From positions 136,433 to 200,432 of the forward strand of contig BCGN01000007.1 in assembly GCA_001599295.1 (NCBI GenBank): a stretch of DNA of 64,000 nt, given 5' to 3'. How positions within the stretch are numbered: the stretch's first letter is position 1; each line of letters starts with the position of its first letter. The position numbers were made by a program, and so were the translations under genes. Origin of the DNA: Sporopachydermia quercuum (lineage: Eukaryota). This document shows positions 31,414 through 44,439 of this stretch, piece by piece. A model generated the notes under the pieces. It did not search any database. It was given only the letters and a program-made list of their open reading frames with translations, and was not told the origin of the DNA.

Positions 31414-34400
31414 TTCAAGCTTGCTTTCATTGGCGATAGTTGCTGTGTATGGTTGTGATGTGCGTGTTCTGCATGCAGTTCCTCTGCATTTAGGGTGTAA
31501 GAAGGTGATATCTGAAGATCAGCTATCAATTACTATAATAAATCTCAAAACAAGCGGATCCAATGGCGAATTAGCACAGGAGTATATATTTTATCTGCCA
31601 GTTTGCCTGTTGATTTTGACGATTTTAGTAAAGTAGCACAACCAGCGCTTGCCCGTTTATGTATGTGTTCACCGAAATGCAGGTGAGCGTATTGATGGAT
31701 GCTTACTGAATGGTCTACCGAACTAGCTTCCAATTTGTTCAAAACAGCAAATGTCTCTTTAATGAATGTAACTGATTCTTGAAATTTGGCCTAGTTTCTG
31801 CTGTTCATTTGCTAATTTTGCTTGTAGTATCACGGTGTTGATGTGTACAACAGCCTTCTTTGTTCGATATGCTGTAATATGGTATGGTATGGAATGGAAT
31901 GTATGGTAGGAAGATACATGTATGGGTTGAGTTTGGTCCAGAAATTCAGGGCTGATGTTGTTGAAATCGTGATAAAAAGCNACTATTCAGTTCAATTAGC
32001 TGTATATAAAAGAAATAGCAGTATTCAGGGAGGAAGAACAACAAGCGTAGATTGGAAATGACGCAAGTGGATAATCAATGATAACTGTGAAGAGAAGAAA
32101 GAAACAATAGATGATGAAACAGTGAAGATGAGGAATAGGTGTACGTAAAGGAATGTGGAAGTGTAAACAGCAGGTTCAAATGGAAATGTGTACGGTGTTC
32201 CTAATTTGGCATCTGTGTGAGATGAGATTCTATTTATAGTGGGAACCTTAAACGAACATGAACTGCATACGGAAGGGAGGACAGCAAAAACGTAACTTAT
32301 AGGTGAAGTTATTGGGAAAGTACTGGGGATGAGAACGAAAGTATAAAATGAGGAAGAGGTAAAGGTAACGGTAAAGGAAAATGCGGCACGAGATGAGATT
32401 GGATTGTGGATTGTGGATGTAAGTTCATCAGAGTAGGAATGAGAGTATGTTTGAAGTGCAGCTTTACTGGCGAATAATAGAAAATAGAAATAGAAGTACT
32501 TGTTTGACAAAGGAGACACTGACAGTAATTACTGAGAGACCATCCGAACAATAGCGGTAATGTCAATCAAACGAATAGCTGTTACAGGAAGATCAAGAAA
32601 TTGAGAAGAAATTGACATTTCAATAGATAGAAATGTCAAATCGTTAACTAATTCACTTAGTGAGTTATTTTAAATATTGCTTGTATTTGTAGATATGTCT
32701 GTCCTGCTTGTTCACCTTGAAGCTGCAGGCATCCGGCAGCCCTTGCTCGAGGCCTCCAGTTATCAAGCATAATATACAAGCAAATGCCTCTATAGTAAAA
32801 AACTGAAAATCTTTGCTCAATCTATTTGAGCTAAATCTGGCAGACCTGTTAAAAAGTCAAGATTAAAGCCGATCCTTTTAGATGTCCTATTTAATGCCTT
32901 GGTATATATAACAAGCACGCTAGTCAATCCTTATTGGCAGAATTTCGGTTANTTAACAAAAAAAATAGTAGTGTATTCAATTAGAAATCAGGAATTAGCT
33001 GTTCTAGTGTCATTTAGGGACTCTTCCTAGCGGATTATTCAATTCTGCTCCTCTATTTAATAGCATCCTACTCATAGTAATCACTGCTCTCACTTCAAAT
33101 CTCCTGGCGATGTGAATATTGGTTCCTAGTTTTATCCTTGTTTCATCAAACGTTGTCATTATACATAAATGAAATCAATGATAAATTCAAATTAGATGTA
33201 ATAACTCTATTTATATTGAGTATAGTACTTTTTCCAATCATCTCTCTATGTGCTTTCTGTAGTTAATATAACAAGTCATACCATAAAGAAAAGTTTCATA
33301 TGGCAGAAAATTATCATCACTAGTGAAAGATTCCTTTCTGATAACTAGAGAAGAGGATATTACGGTATGGAATTAACGATTCGGTCATACTTTGAACTTA
33401 AAGATGAATATGCATGGTTAGGGAACCTTAATCGGTTTTCAGTAAGAGCTAAGTTTGATTTTCGCCCATATTGGCTGTTTATCAATGAGATTAGTGGCTG
33501 AAAGCAAAATAGTTTGAAGAATTTGAGCTCTGTGCTAACAGCTCATTGTCTTCTTTTATGATCGATTGGTTTTCGTGTAACAGATTATCATTGTTCTCAC
33601 GTTCTATATGCTTGTCAATTGAAAGCACAATAAACAGAACCGAGAGTTGATATTCTATTACTTTAGGTATTTCTAAATGCAGAACTTAAACTCATTAGTA
33701 TAACTTTGTTTCCTAGGCGAAACTAACTTACCAAAACAACGAAACTAGATTCTCCATGTCTAATAACAACTCAATAAATAATTGAATTCTTTTCAAAATC
33801 TGAAACAAATTTCTCGTAAAGTGATATTCTTCTCTACAATCTAACAATTCTGAGCGTTAATTACACACCGGTTGGTTCATTCGAAAGAAATATCTTATCT
33901 AACAAGAGAACCGAAGAACCTAATCTCCCTCAAGTTTTTCCGACCCAGCTTTTTTCTATGTAGAACCCCAAAATAGACACTCTGCGTATGTACAACTCGC
34001 CGCAATTTGTTCCAAGTTTTTCTTGATGACGTAAACCTTCTCTTATCATTACTTGGTCAAACAATGATGAGTTTATTAAATGTGTGAGTCAACTGCCAAT
34101 GGCTTCTCCGTCTTGGCTTTGTATAGTAAATGAGGGCCATAATAAAATAATGGAAGTAATTGTATGTAAAGTAAATTGAATGTTTGGCGAAATATGGGGT
34201 AATCAGCTGTCATTGTTTATTGTAATAAAATTAGTTCAAATTCGATAGCTAGTGTCAACATCAATGATGTAATTACCTAGCATTGAAGTTGGTTTGAGAG
34301 TCAAAAGAAAGAAAGAAAGAAATATGCTATATATAAAGTTAATTGTTGAGAGAAGTCAGAGACATTAGCATGTAATGAATCAATTAACGAGCTGCGGGCC

Positions 34401-34839
34401 TATTATACTGAACAGTGGTGCCAACGACATCACAAATTCTCATCAGTTTGCACCTACGCTTCCGAAGATACGTTGGTTATTCAATATATAAAATTACGGC
34501 TGTCAGCGCCTGAAGTTGAAGTTTGAAAGCTGTTATCAGGCTTTGTGTGTAATTGGTGTGTTGGAATGTTTTATTGATGAATTTGGAGGATAATGAAGAA
34601 GCATTGCTCCAATCGAAATTTATACCTCTCTCTAGCTAATTGAACCTGAACGTACTATCAAATATCCATAATTAATAAGAATGGATCAATATAAATGAGA
34701 ATTTATTTATTTGTAGAAACAAACGTGAAATGAAAAAAGTAATAAAATGAATACTGCCGCAAGTATCGCCTATTCCTTTGTATCTACCCTCTTTTCTTTT
34801 GATCGCATAATCAAATAAGCAAACAATCATGTGAATTTA

Positions 34840-35557
34840 TCACGTGCCACGTGAGTAGCTGAGCCTTCAAATCTGGTTTTTTTCAGCCGCAGTCAAGCCA
34901 TAGATAAATCTCCCCATATAGTCGTCACTGGACTTTCAAGTAATAAAAACCAGATCAATCTAGTTCATCATTGAATAATGTTCTGCACACAATCACCCTT
35001 CGATTCAGCGTGTACTCAACTTCCTTTGTTATCAATCGGGACTACTTAATCAACTATCTTCTACAATTCTANGCTTTACAAGAAGCTTGTTCAGACATTG
35101 AATATTTCTCTAGATTTTCAATTGGTACTAATAGGAATACTCTTAATATCTAATCAATAGGACTTCATAGAGCATTCTCTATATAACTACATGAACTTCA
35201 ATTAAACAAACTACCGTCTATACATCATCTCATCAGCAATTCTCTAACAAACAAGGTCTATTTGCAGTCTTCTCACCATTCGAACAATCAAATTTCATTA
35301 ATTCTCCAATCCATCCAACAATCTATATAATCCACATATAAACAATCTACCACTGCCAAGCATTTCTCAGTTATTTATGAATGTCAGGTTTTATATCGGG
35401 ATATTCTTCTATGTCCGACAAAATGTACCACTTATCNGAGCCAATTGTAAAGAAAGGACCTATTTGACGCACACTATGACACTATGACACTACATATCAG
35501 TCACGTGAGTATACATCTAAACTTGAGGTTTCTTCGAATCTGATCATATATCACGTG
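34840..35557. promoter_or_regulatory. Cluster of four Cbf1-type E-boxes (TCACGTG) upstream of the sulfonate dioxygenase
   Basis: TCACGTG 34840-34846, CACGTGA 34848-34854, GTCACGTGA 35500-35508, TCACGTG 35551-35557; Cbf1/Met4 control of sulfur-starvation genes is established in yeasts. Confidence 0.65.
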
Positions 35558-35903
35558 GAGATAGGACAATGTGCAAATATTGTCTTAATCTAAGAGGAAA
35601 AATTGTAATCTCTTAGCATTTTTACCACTCTATGAAATCATCGAAAGTTTTCTCTTCCACTTTGATTGATTTTGATGAAAACCAATGGCAATGAGGACTT
35701 TTGACCTTTGTAATTTCCCCTCTTCTGTATGGTTTACAGAAAGTATTTAATGCTACCCTCTTCCAGTTATTCAACATGATCATTTTACAGGAAACCAGAA
35801 CCTTTTATCAATTGGAAGACTANAATAGACTTGTATTACTCAGAACAGCGCTACAGTAGTATTTCATTGCCCTCCTTCTTGGTATAATTAATCTCTTTTC
35901 AAA

Positions 35904-37085
35904 ATGGCCCCTAGTGCTTCTGCAACTGTCACTGTTGTTGAACAAAACGACGATGCTCGTCTTCTGAAAGACAAGAAAGCTGAAGAATTAAGAGACTTGG
36001 TGAATCCCAAAGGTTTTTACGGCGGCTTCCCTTATAGAACTGTTGAGGATGAAAATGGAGATTTTATCATTCCTCCTGAGGATGCCAAGGAATCAGCTTA
36101 TCCTCAATTTTTGCCCTTTCATCATAGAGATTTAGTTTTTGATACACCTGAAAGTTATGAGGTTGAGGATGTTGCTAAAAGGGCTGATCCTTCTCTTAAA
36201 AATTTGTTTAACTCTGATGAGATCAAAACAAAAAACATTACCCCAAAGTTTGGAACTGAATTGAAAGGAATTCAGTTATCAAAGTTAAATAGTGCTCAGA
36301 GAGATGAACTCGCTCTTTATATTCAAAAGAGGAAACTAGTTGTTTTACGTGATCAAGATCTTAAAGATCAACCTTTAGAGGATATTTCTAATTTTGGAAA
36401 GCATTTCGGTCCACAACATATTCATCCTGCCGCTGGTGCAGCTAAAGGATTTCCTGAAATNCTTACTGTTTACAGACCAGGATATTCTACAGACTATGAA
36501 AAAGCCTTTAAAGAGAGATTAAACTCTATCAACTGGCACAGTGATATTTCTTTCGAAGAACAGCCAGCTGCTCTCTCTTTTTTAGCAATCTTAGAATTGC
36601 CTGATAGCGGTGGTGATACCTTATATGCTGATACAGTTGAGGCTTATAATCGNTTGTCCCCTGCGTTACAGAAATTCCTTGAAGGATTGACTGTTGTTCA
36701 TTCGGGATTGGATTTTGGAAAATTAACCAGTTCTAAGTTTGGCGATAAGGGTATCAAGCGTAAAATCTCTATTAGTGAGCATCCACTTGTTAGGACTCAT
36801 CCTGTTACTGGTGAAAAGGCTTTGTTTGTTAATCCAGGTTTCTCAAGAAGAGTTGTTCAATTGAAGAAGGAAGAATCTGATTGGTTGTTGAATTTTTTAT
36901 TTGAACATATTTCTAAAGGTCAAGATTTCCATGCTAGAGCTAAATGGGAACCTGGTACTATCGTTGCTTGGGATAACAGATTAACTTTACATAGTGCTTT
37001 ATTGGATTGGGATACTAATGAGACAAGACATGCTTTTAGATTAACTCCAATTGGAGAAAAGCCATATTTTGACGGATCAGCGTAG
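35904..37085 (+). CDS. Fe(II)/alpha-ketoglutarate-dependent sulfonate dioxygenase (TauD/Jlp1 family)
   Basis: 393 aa; WHSDISFE (HxD), GGDTLYADT, EHPLVRTHPVTGEKALFVN, WDNRLTLHSA and a distal Arg. Confidence 0.92.
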   Translation: MAPSASATVTVVEQNDDARLLKDKKAEELRDLVNPKGFYGGFPYRTVEDENGDFIIPPEDAKESAYPQFLPFHHRDLVFDTPESYEVEDVAKRADPSLKNLFNSDEIKTKNITPKFGTELKGIQLSKLNSAQRDELALYIQKRKLVVLRDQDLKDQPLEDISNFGKHFGPQHIHPAAGAAKGFPEXLTVYRPGYSTDYEKAFKERLNSINWHSDISFEEQPAALSFLAILELPDSGGDTLYADTVEAYNXLSPALQKFLEGLTVVHSGLDFGKLTSSKFGDKGIKRKISISEHPLVRTHPVTGEKALFVNPGFSRRVVQLKKEESDWLLNFLFEHISKGQDFHARAKWEPGTIVAWDNRLTLHSALLDWDTNETRHAFRLTPIGEKPYFDGSA

Positions 37086-38349
37086 TGGGTTTTTCGGCTT
37101 TAGATCGAACATAATGAAGCGTTTGATTCTTTCGTTTTTCTTTTTATTGTTGAGAGAGGATAAGTATAATGCTATTGATTAGCATCTTAGATTTTGGTTA
37201 GACTTTCAATCTTATAACCGTAAGAACAACTGTAGAATCAAGTAAATTAAGGACGATATAGTTTTCCCTAGCGATTCTCAAATCTAACAAATACAACAAC
37301 TGCAATTAAGGAACTGATTAGGAGATTACTAGTTCAAAGTGATGTTAATGAGCAGACTTAAAAATTGGGAGAAGATCTAGTTAATTTGCCTCTAAAGGGC
37401 AATAATTTTTAATTACTAGTAAATATGTAGAAAAAGAAATAATATTGAGTCTCCTTAGAAATACTTATGTTGTATGTCTCTACTTCAAATCCTTCCAATT
37501 GAAGTGGAGGTAAAGTAATTTCAATAGCTCGGTTTTAAATTTCAGGAGATAACAGAAAATAACTTAGCTTAATTGAATGGTCATAGCTGTTGGGAGGTNA
37601 GCGAATGATGAGAAGTTTGAGTTATTCTTTCTCCAAAAAGAAGATATTAAACATCCAAGCCTTCCACATCATATATTCCCAAATGGGAATAAATGCCAAG
37701 CGCTCTTGATCTGCATGATTGCGCAATTAGGTACTATTATTTCCAACCTTATTNCAGGCCCTCCGATTCTTGTTGCCCTATCTTTCTAACGCAAATAATT
37801 TCCCCTTTAATGCCAACAAAAGGAGTAATCCTACTAATCTTNCTATTATTTATGATTATGATATTAAGTAACGGATTTTGCCGTTATCTTATTATCTCCT
37901 TTGTTTGGTATACCTTGGTTCTTTATCAGGAATAACAGAAATAAAGTTTCTCTAGATTTACCCGATTAACTGTCGTAAGCAAAATCAACGATTAGATTAT
38001 TTCACTATTGGATTTATGACGACTTTTTTTCACTCTTCTCGTTCTATGTTTTTCATACACCGTAATGGTCAACTCCTTTCCATTTTTTTCTCTTGTCTTT
38101 TCTTTTGTTTTTTGTCCTTTTTTCTCCCTTCAATAAACAGGATTTTTGGGAGTTCGCAGAGAGCAACGTTACTGATTGGGCACTATAGCTTGGAATAAAA
38201 TAACGAGATTGAGGGATATCGCGTGCGAAGACAACACTAGAAAAGAGAACTGTGTAATCTTAGCATAACGAAGTACCGCAGGCANCCCGTCGAATGTATA
38301 TCAAAATTAAGATCTTAGAAGATAAAATTAAAGATATAAAATATTGGAA

Positions 38350-39168
38350 ATGAGTAAAAGTAATCACCCTACTTTGCTATCGAAGTACATTCATTTACTG
38401 GAGACACGACCATTATTGACGAAATCTGCTACTGCTGCAATTCTGTCAGGATCAAGTGAAGTGCTATCATCAGTGCTTGCTGGCGATAGCTCCAGGGAAT
38501 ATGAAATCTCAATACCTATCATCAATTTAAAGAAAACAGCATTCACAACGACTCATATGAAGCTGAATAAAAAGTCTGATGGTGGTGAAGAAGAAAACGA
38601 AGTTCAATATCAATATGATTTGTTTATCGATTATAAGAAGATCTCTTTTAAATCATACCTTTCCACCAAAGTACCTTTAATGGCATTATTTGGTTTCAGT
38701 ATTTCAGCACCTTTGTCACATTATGTTTACCAACTACTGTTTCAGTATTTTGGACCATCAACAAAATTGGCGAAGAGTTCACCAAAATTAACAAAAGTTC
38801 TCCATATAATAGCATCCAACTTAACTCTCTCACCTGCTATAAACATTGCATTCATCCTTTACATGACAATCATTTCAACTAAAGTTGGTTTAGAAAAGTA
38901 TAAGAATATCGGATCAAAATTAAAGTACCTTTTCCAATTATATGCATCTAAAGGTACTGAAGCATTAAAGAAGAATTTACTTCGAACATTAAAGGTCTCT
39001 TGGATCATGAATCCAGCCGTTTTATTGTTTGCTCAGAACTTCGTTCCTCCTACATTATGGGTTCCTTTCTTTTCATTGTTTGGATTCGTATTAGGAACGT
39101 ATAACAACTATACAGTGAAAAGGAAATTGTTGGATCAAAAGAAGAACGAGAAGGCAAAGAATGAGTAA
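38350..39168 (+). CDS. PXMP2/Mpv17/PMP22-family membrane protein
   Basis: First ATG at 38350; Y..LL..RPLLTKS.T, MALFGF.ISAPLSHY, LKVSW..NP....FAQNFVP..LWVPFF..FGFVLGTY.N. Confidence 0.85.
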   Translation: MSKSNHPTLLSKYIHLLETRPLLTKSATAAILSGSSEVLSSVLAGDSSREYEISIPIINLKKTAFTTTHMKLNKKSDGGEEENEVQYQYDLFIDYKKISFKSYLSTKVPLMALFGFSISAPLSHYVYQLLFQYFGPSTKLAKSSPKLTKVLHIIASNLTLSPAINIAFILYMTIISTKVGLEKYKNIGSKLKYLFQLYASKGTEALKKNLLRTLKVSWIMNPAVLLFAQNFVPPTLWVPFFSLFGFVLGTYNNYTVKRKLLDQKKNEKAKNE

Positions 39169-41252
39169 GAAAGAAAGAGGGTGGAATGTAGTGTTGAGTT
39201 GAAGATAGAGATGAAGATGCAGGTTAAACAATAGAACGTTTCTTGTTTTTCCTCTGTAGGAGTAAAAAATGTATTGCATATAATACCAAACTAAAATAAA
39301 GAGATAACTGGATTGTCAGGTTAATACAAGTTGAAATGTAGGAAATTTTATATATGTGAATGCCTGATATCTGATGCCTGGTGCCTTATAGACTAAAGTA
39401 TAGACCAATTGCTGATTGATCCAAAATCTTACGATTAAGCGAACTTCTTCTTGTTTACCTGATATTCAATCAAATTCCCGTTGTTCCGGTAACCTATACC
39501 ACCAAGAATAGTATGTGATATTTTACACAACGGAGNTCATAGGCCTTTTTTGAAAACAGTTCTCTGTTGTAACCTGCGTATTGGTTTTATGTAAATTGAA
39601 ATACTGCAAATTACTCACCAACCAATATGTATATAATTAAAGATTCTAGCTCACTCACCAGAGCATTTCGACGACGATCGGCATACTCTCTGTANATCTA
39701 TAGCTAAAATTATTATCACCATATGCTTTTTTGTCAGTCCCCACAATCAAATATAGTATAAATCCCTTCTGCTTCACAATTCTATTTGACATGCACGAAT
39801 TAGAACTCTGCATANGCGTACAGTATGCAAAGCCTAAAACAAGCATAAGCGACACGGCGACACGTTAAATTTCCTTAACTATGAAAGAATCAACATACAG
39901 ACAAGGTTTTTCTTAACAATCAAGATGATCTGAATAATAGTACTACTCGCATGAAAAAATTTCGTGTTTTTATTTAATATCCTGAATGGCTAAATCTCAA
40001 TCGTTTAACTCGACTATTATTTTAGTGAAATATCTAGGAAAAGCTGTTTCATTGGCATTCCCAACCCTTTTAGCAAGTTTCAGTAGAACCTAGTCTCTTC
40101 ATTGCGATACTTCGATTTAGCTGTTGAATAATGATATTTATGGGCTCTAAACGCATTTTAATACACCCGCAGATTTTCGTTCTCAACCTTGAATATCCTG
40201 TTATTTCCTCCATTGCGATTCATTTCTAATATCTCATTTCTAAAATAAAGGAAACACCAAAAATCCAATACAATCAAAATTTCAATCCTGCTTAAAGTTT
40301 TCTTAGGTTAGGCAATTCATATGATTATTATGTATGCACAGTTAGCTTGCTTTAATTACACACAGCTCACACTTTATTCCATTTTCAAACAGCAAGATGA
40401 GTAGTTATGGTAAATTGACATCAACAACTCTATCACTACCTAAGATTTCACCCTTCCAATCCATTCGTAATTAGATCAATAAGAACTTAACAAATCTAAA
40501 CAATCTCAATAGCATTCCCACTTTCTATTCTCCTTCCAGCTCACTTCCCNCTTGTTTCCCCTCGAAACCCTCCCTCATCCAAACGCCAAAAATGTATGCC
40601 CCTCTTGCATGTTCCTGCATTTCCTCTAACCTGTTCTCCTAATCGGGTATCCCAATTTCATCTACTTTAAATAGATTTTACTTTTCGTGTCTGCGGTCTA
40701 AATCATATAAGCATCTTTGTGTTTGGCGATGATGCACTAATACAATAAATTCATGAGCTTCAAGCTACGTTTATCTATTGTAGCTTATTCTATCCTCTTC
40801 CCTCTACGTTTAGATGTTGATTCAGTTGATGTTATATTGCTAATTAGCATCGGATAAATCAAGTGTAATATCAGAGAAGCAATCAGATAAACTGTAGCTT
40901 CTATCGTGGGTTAAACAGCATCTGTCGTCTATCGATTAGGAGTAGTAACTTTAACTATACTACTGTTGGTGATAAATAAAAGGTGGCATAATAACAGAGG
41001 AGAGAAGAGAGAACGGGAAACAAGACACAAGTCCATCAAGGAATGCTAGTAAACCAGGTTAACTATTGCTAGTGACAATCGTTGCATCTACAAGGAAGAT
41101 AGTGCCAATTGGTTTATCTACTGAACTGCTATTACACTATTACCAGATGACCAGTATCTCTGTTTTACGGGAAGAGAAAGAAACAAACCAGAATATACAG
41201 TAACATAACTTGCCATAAGCTGTACATTATTTTATAGTGAACTTTCACTAGT

Positions 41253-42833
41253 ATGACTTCTACAATACAAGAATCAAAGAATTATTTCGATTCGCGCGTG
41301 GCCATTACTGATAGCATCTCTGATACTGACGGACTCGCGACTGTCAATGAATCTACCAATACATTTGATACTGAAAACACGGATGATAGCATCACCAACA
41401 CTTATGATTTAAGTGTGCCGTTAACACCACCGACGGAACCAATCGATCCCCAATATGTTTATGCTATTTATGATTTCCTAGCAACAGATCCTTCCCATAT
41501 CACTATACATAAAAATGATGCTCTACAACTATTAAACGATGAGAATTCTTATTGGTGGTTAGTGAAAGCTGCCGATAAAGATGAAGTTGGATTNGTTCCT
41601 GCTGAAACACTTGAAATATACCCTGAGAGATTGGCAAGACTGAATAAATTCAAGAATGAAGAAATAGAGAGGTTAGGTGATATAGGACTAGGTATCGTTG
41701 GTATTGAGAATAATAATAATGATAGTAATGGAACGAGCGTTGGTTATTTTGATGTCGAAGCAAGAAATTGTGATTCAATTGGTATTAGAAATTTAGATGG
41801 GAGCATCAGTAAAAAAAGCGTCTGTACAATTAGTAGTAGCAACGTGGATTTGCCTATCGATGGTGGCAGTATCAACAATGGCAATGATCATATAATGCCA
41901 TTGAATATAGGCAAGAAAAGTGAAGGAGATAAATCAGTATCTTTCTCCACAATAACTTATGTTGATGATATGCTGAAACCAGCAATAGAATTGCCCTTGA
42001 ACTCTCCAAGCTGTTCGCCTGAGCCTGTAAGTGTGGCTGAGTTTGAATCAATGGCGCAACTTATAAATAACGCGGAAAAAGAAATCAATTGGAATGCAAC
42101 TGAGGAGCAGACTGAGGAGGAGGTTGAAATAGTCCAAGAGGAAGATACAGTGGCGCAACCAGTAGAAAAAGAGATTCNNACTAAGAGTAACTCCGTGCAA
42201 CGCCCTATTGGGCCCCTGTCATCAAGTCATCGAACAGAACCACAATCAGGGCATTCAAANCAAAGTAACCAACCCAAACAGCTTACTGGCTTGCCCAAAT
42301 CATCACCAGCAACTACAAGTACTATTCTCAATTCACCAGAAGCTGCTGTTTCGCCATCTTCTCCTGCATCACCAATATCACCATTTTCGCCTGCTCCTTC
42401 TTCATTGTCCTCGATATCATTAACGCCTATTGACCCCTTGATGTCACCATCAACAACTCTGGTTTCTTCCAAATTCCAGGAATTGGAACAATCAATGCAG
42501 GATATCCTATTACCAATAGAAGAAGAAACGCCTGATGATGATATTTCTAGAAATGGCGAATCAGGCTCTCCCAGTTCATCAAGAAGTTACAAGTCTTCGC
42601 CAAAGCCTCCATCATTACCTTTACAGTCACGTTCCAAACAGTCAACAGGAAATTCCTTTTTGTCTCCATCTCGTCAACAAGAGCAGCAAAACATCAGAGA
42701 AGGTACATATAATGGGCTATCCCTACAGTCACTCACCAGAATACTTAATCCTGAAATAAACACAATTTATCAACCATCATTTAAAAAGCTACAGAATCTC
42801 AAAGAACGATTAGATGCAATTCTAAACAGTTGA
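41253..42833 (+). CDS. BUD14: SH3-domain PP1 (Glc7) regulatory subunit, Bud14/Tea4 family
   Basis: SH3 domain YAIYDF...LLNDENSYWWLVK...G.VPAE followed by the family-typical ERLARLNK..N, then a KSVSF RVxF-type PP1 docking motif. Confidence 0.75.
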   Translation: MTSTIQESKNYFDSRVAITDSISDTDGLATVNESTNTFDTENTDDSITNTYDLSVPLTPPTEPIDPQYVYAIYDFLATDPSHITIHKNDALQLLNDENSYWWLVKAADKDEVGXVPAETLEIYPERLARLNKFKNEEIERLGDIGLGIVGIENNNNDSNGTSVGYFDVEARNCDSIGIRNLDGSISKKSVCTISSSNVDLPIDGGSINNGNDHIMPLNIGKKSEGDKSVSFSTITYVDDMLKPAIELPLNSPSCSPEPVSVAEFESMAQLINNAEKEINWNATEEQTEEEVEIVQEEDTVAQPVEKEIXTKSNSVQRPIGPLSSSHRTEPQSGHSXQSNQPKQLTGLPKSSPATTSTILNSPEAAVSPSSPASPISPFSPAPSSLSSISLTPIDPLMSPSTTLVSSKFQELEQSMQDILLPIEEETPDDDISRNGESGSPSSSRSYKSSPKPPSLPLQSRSKQSTGNSFLSPSRQQEQQNIREGTYNGLSLQSLTRILNPEINTIYQPSFKKLQNLKERLDAILNS

Positions 42834-44439
42834 TTAAGCAAGTCGCTTTATTGAATTGTATAGCATTCACGAGCTGTATTACATTCAATAATCATGATAG
42901 TTTCACAGTGTCTCACGCATGTATTACTTGAGTTTTGAATTAAAGTAAGGCCTAAGGTAGAATAAATGCTTCTGAAGCTTCAAGAAACCCTTCGAAGCTT
43001 CTATGAGTTGAGCTCATAATTGGNCCTAAGAAGCTGGTCGGCTGTAGTTAGGAAGAGTGTTGGCCTTTATCTGATTATTACGGTAGATATCAAAGGCAAG
43101 TCAGNTAATATACTAATTTAATATGTTTGGAGGGTGCTAGGAAGGTGATAAATGTTCTTGTAGTTATCTACCTGAACATAGTTTATCATGATAATTCGTT
43201 GACCTGTTTGGAATCCAACCATTTACCAGCAATCAATTGTTCAACTGTTGGTTATGTCATGATTTTCTGCCATATTCATTGTGATGGTGATTGCCATTCA
43301 TCCAGATGGCATCTAAACAACATAGAATATTAGAATATCACTAGTTGTTTTTCTGCTACCACCATTGACACTCGAACTGAATATGGGCTGAAGGGCCGTN
43401 CAATTAGTATTATTGGTTCTAATTCANAAGTACTTTCAGCTTATGAAAATCTGTGATTCCACGGGATTTCATTAAATCAGAAAAGAACCTATTATCAACG
43501 ATCTCTCATTCATTAGACTGATAAAATGGGATGTCTCGAGTTCATTGCTGGTATATGACGGAACCATAGTTAATTGATAACTAGTTCATACTTATTTTTG
43601 TGGTCTCAGCGTTCTCAGCGCTCTAGGTGTTCTCGGTGTACCGATGTTACTAATGATGTATCCCTGTATTAACAGTATGTTACTGTTACTATTAGTACAA
43701 GTCANTAATGCTCAATGTATTGTGTACTGATGTTATCGTTACAGTAATAGGTTTTGTATAGTCTAAACTCATAGAATAGCTTATAGGATAATATCATGTT
43801 ATTCAAATTTATATGATACGTTAATAAGACAATATAGTGATAAAATCAGGTGCTATTATGTTGATATGATTTATGATTTTGTTAGGCCTACGATGTTCGC
43901 TANTGTAAAAGCGATTGTACCAGTAAATTCTTATCTGTTATTACAGTAGGGATCTCTTGTAGTATCATCATTTCCACTTCTTACTGTCGCTCGATTTACA
44001 TTCGACCGAATAGACGAATAGGTACTATAAGCTTCTGTCTATTTTTATTTTATTCTTACTGTATTCACATAGCTATTAAACATACTCTACAAGAATAATG
44101 TGGGGAGTAATGCATTGTTTCCTATAATAGTAGAGTTTTTTTTGCTATTGTACCACTCATACATCAATCAGTAATAATCACATATATGTTTGTGTTGTAT
44201 CTGGATTAATTTAATTTATCACTATACTAGGAGATGTTCTGGCCTTCACCTTTACCTTTGAACAGCCATACGCTTTTTCATTCGCACTGTTCATCCACTT
44301 TAATCATTATAAAATTTACTTGCTTGCGCTGTTAGTGCCATAGTCACTACTATTCTTATGTTAATAATAATTCTTATCGTATTCTTATAATTATTACCAA
44401 TTATTTCCCTTATTTTCTACCAAGTGCTCCACTCCATTC

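Noticed and set aside
32025..32566. Minus-strand ORFs of 164 and 85 aa
   Set aside because: Phe/Ser/Leu-rich translations of a pyrimidine-rich strand upstream of the DUF1765 gene, with no domain features.
37083..37103. Stop-codon readthrough extension of the TauD protein ending in FRL (cryptic peroxisomal signal)
   Set aside because: The TAG-TGG context is not a known leaky motif and FRL is not a canonical PTS1.
40858..40872. ATCAAGTGTAATATC resembling the U2 snRNA branch-recognition region
   Set aside because: The essential GTAGTA is GTAATA, and the flanking U2 stem I and Sm-site sequences are absent; likely chance.
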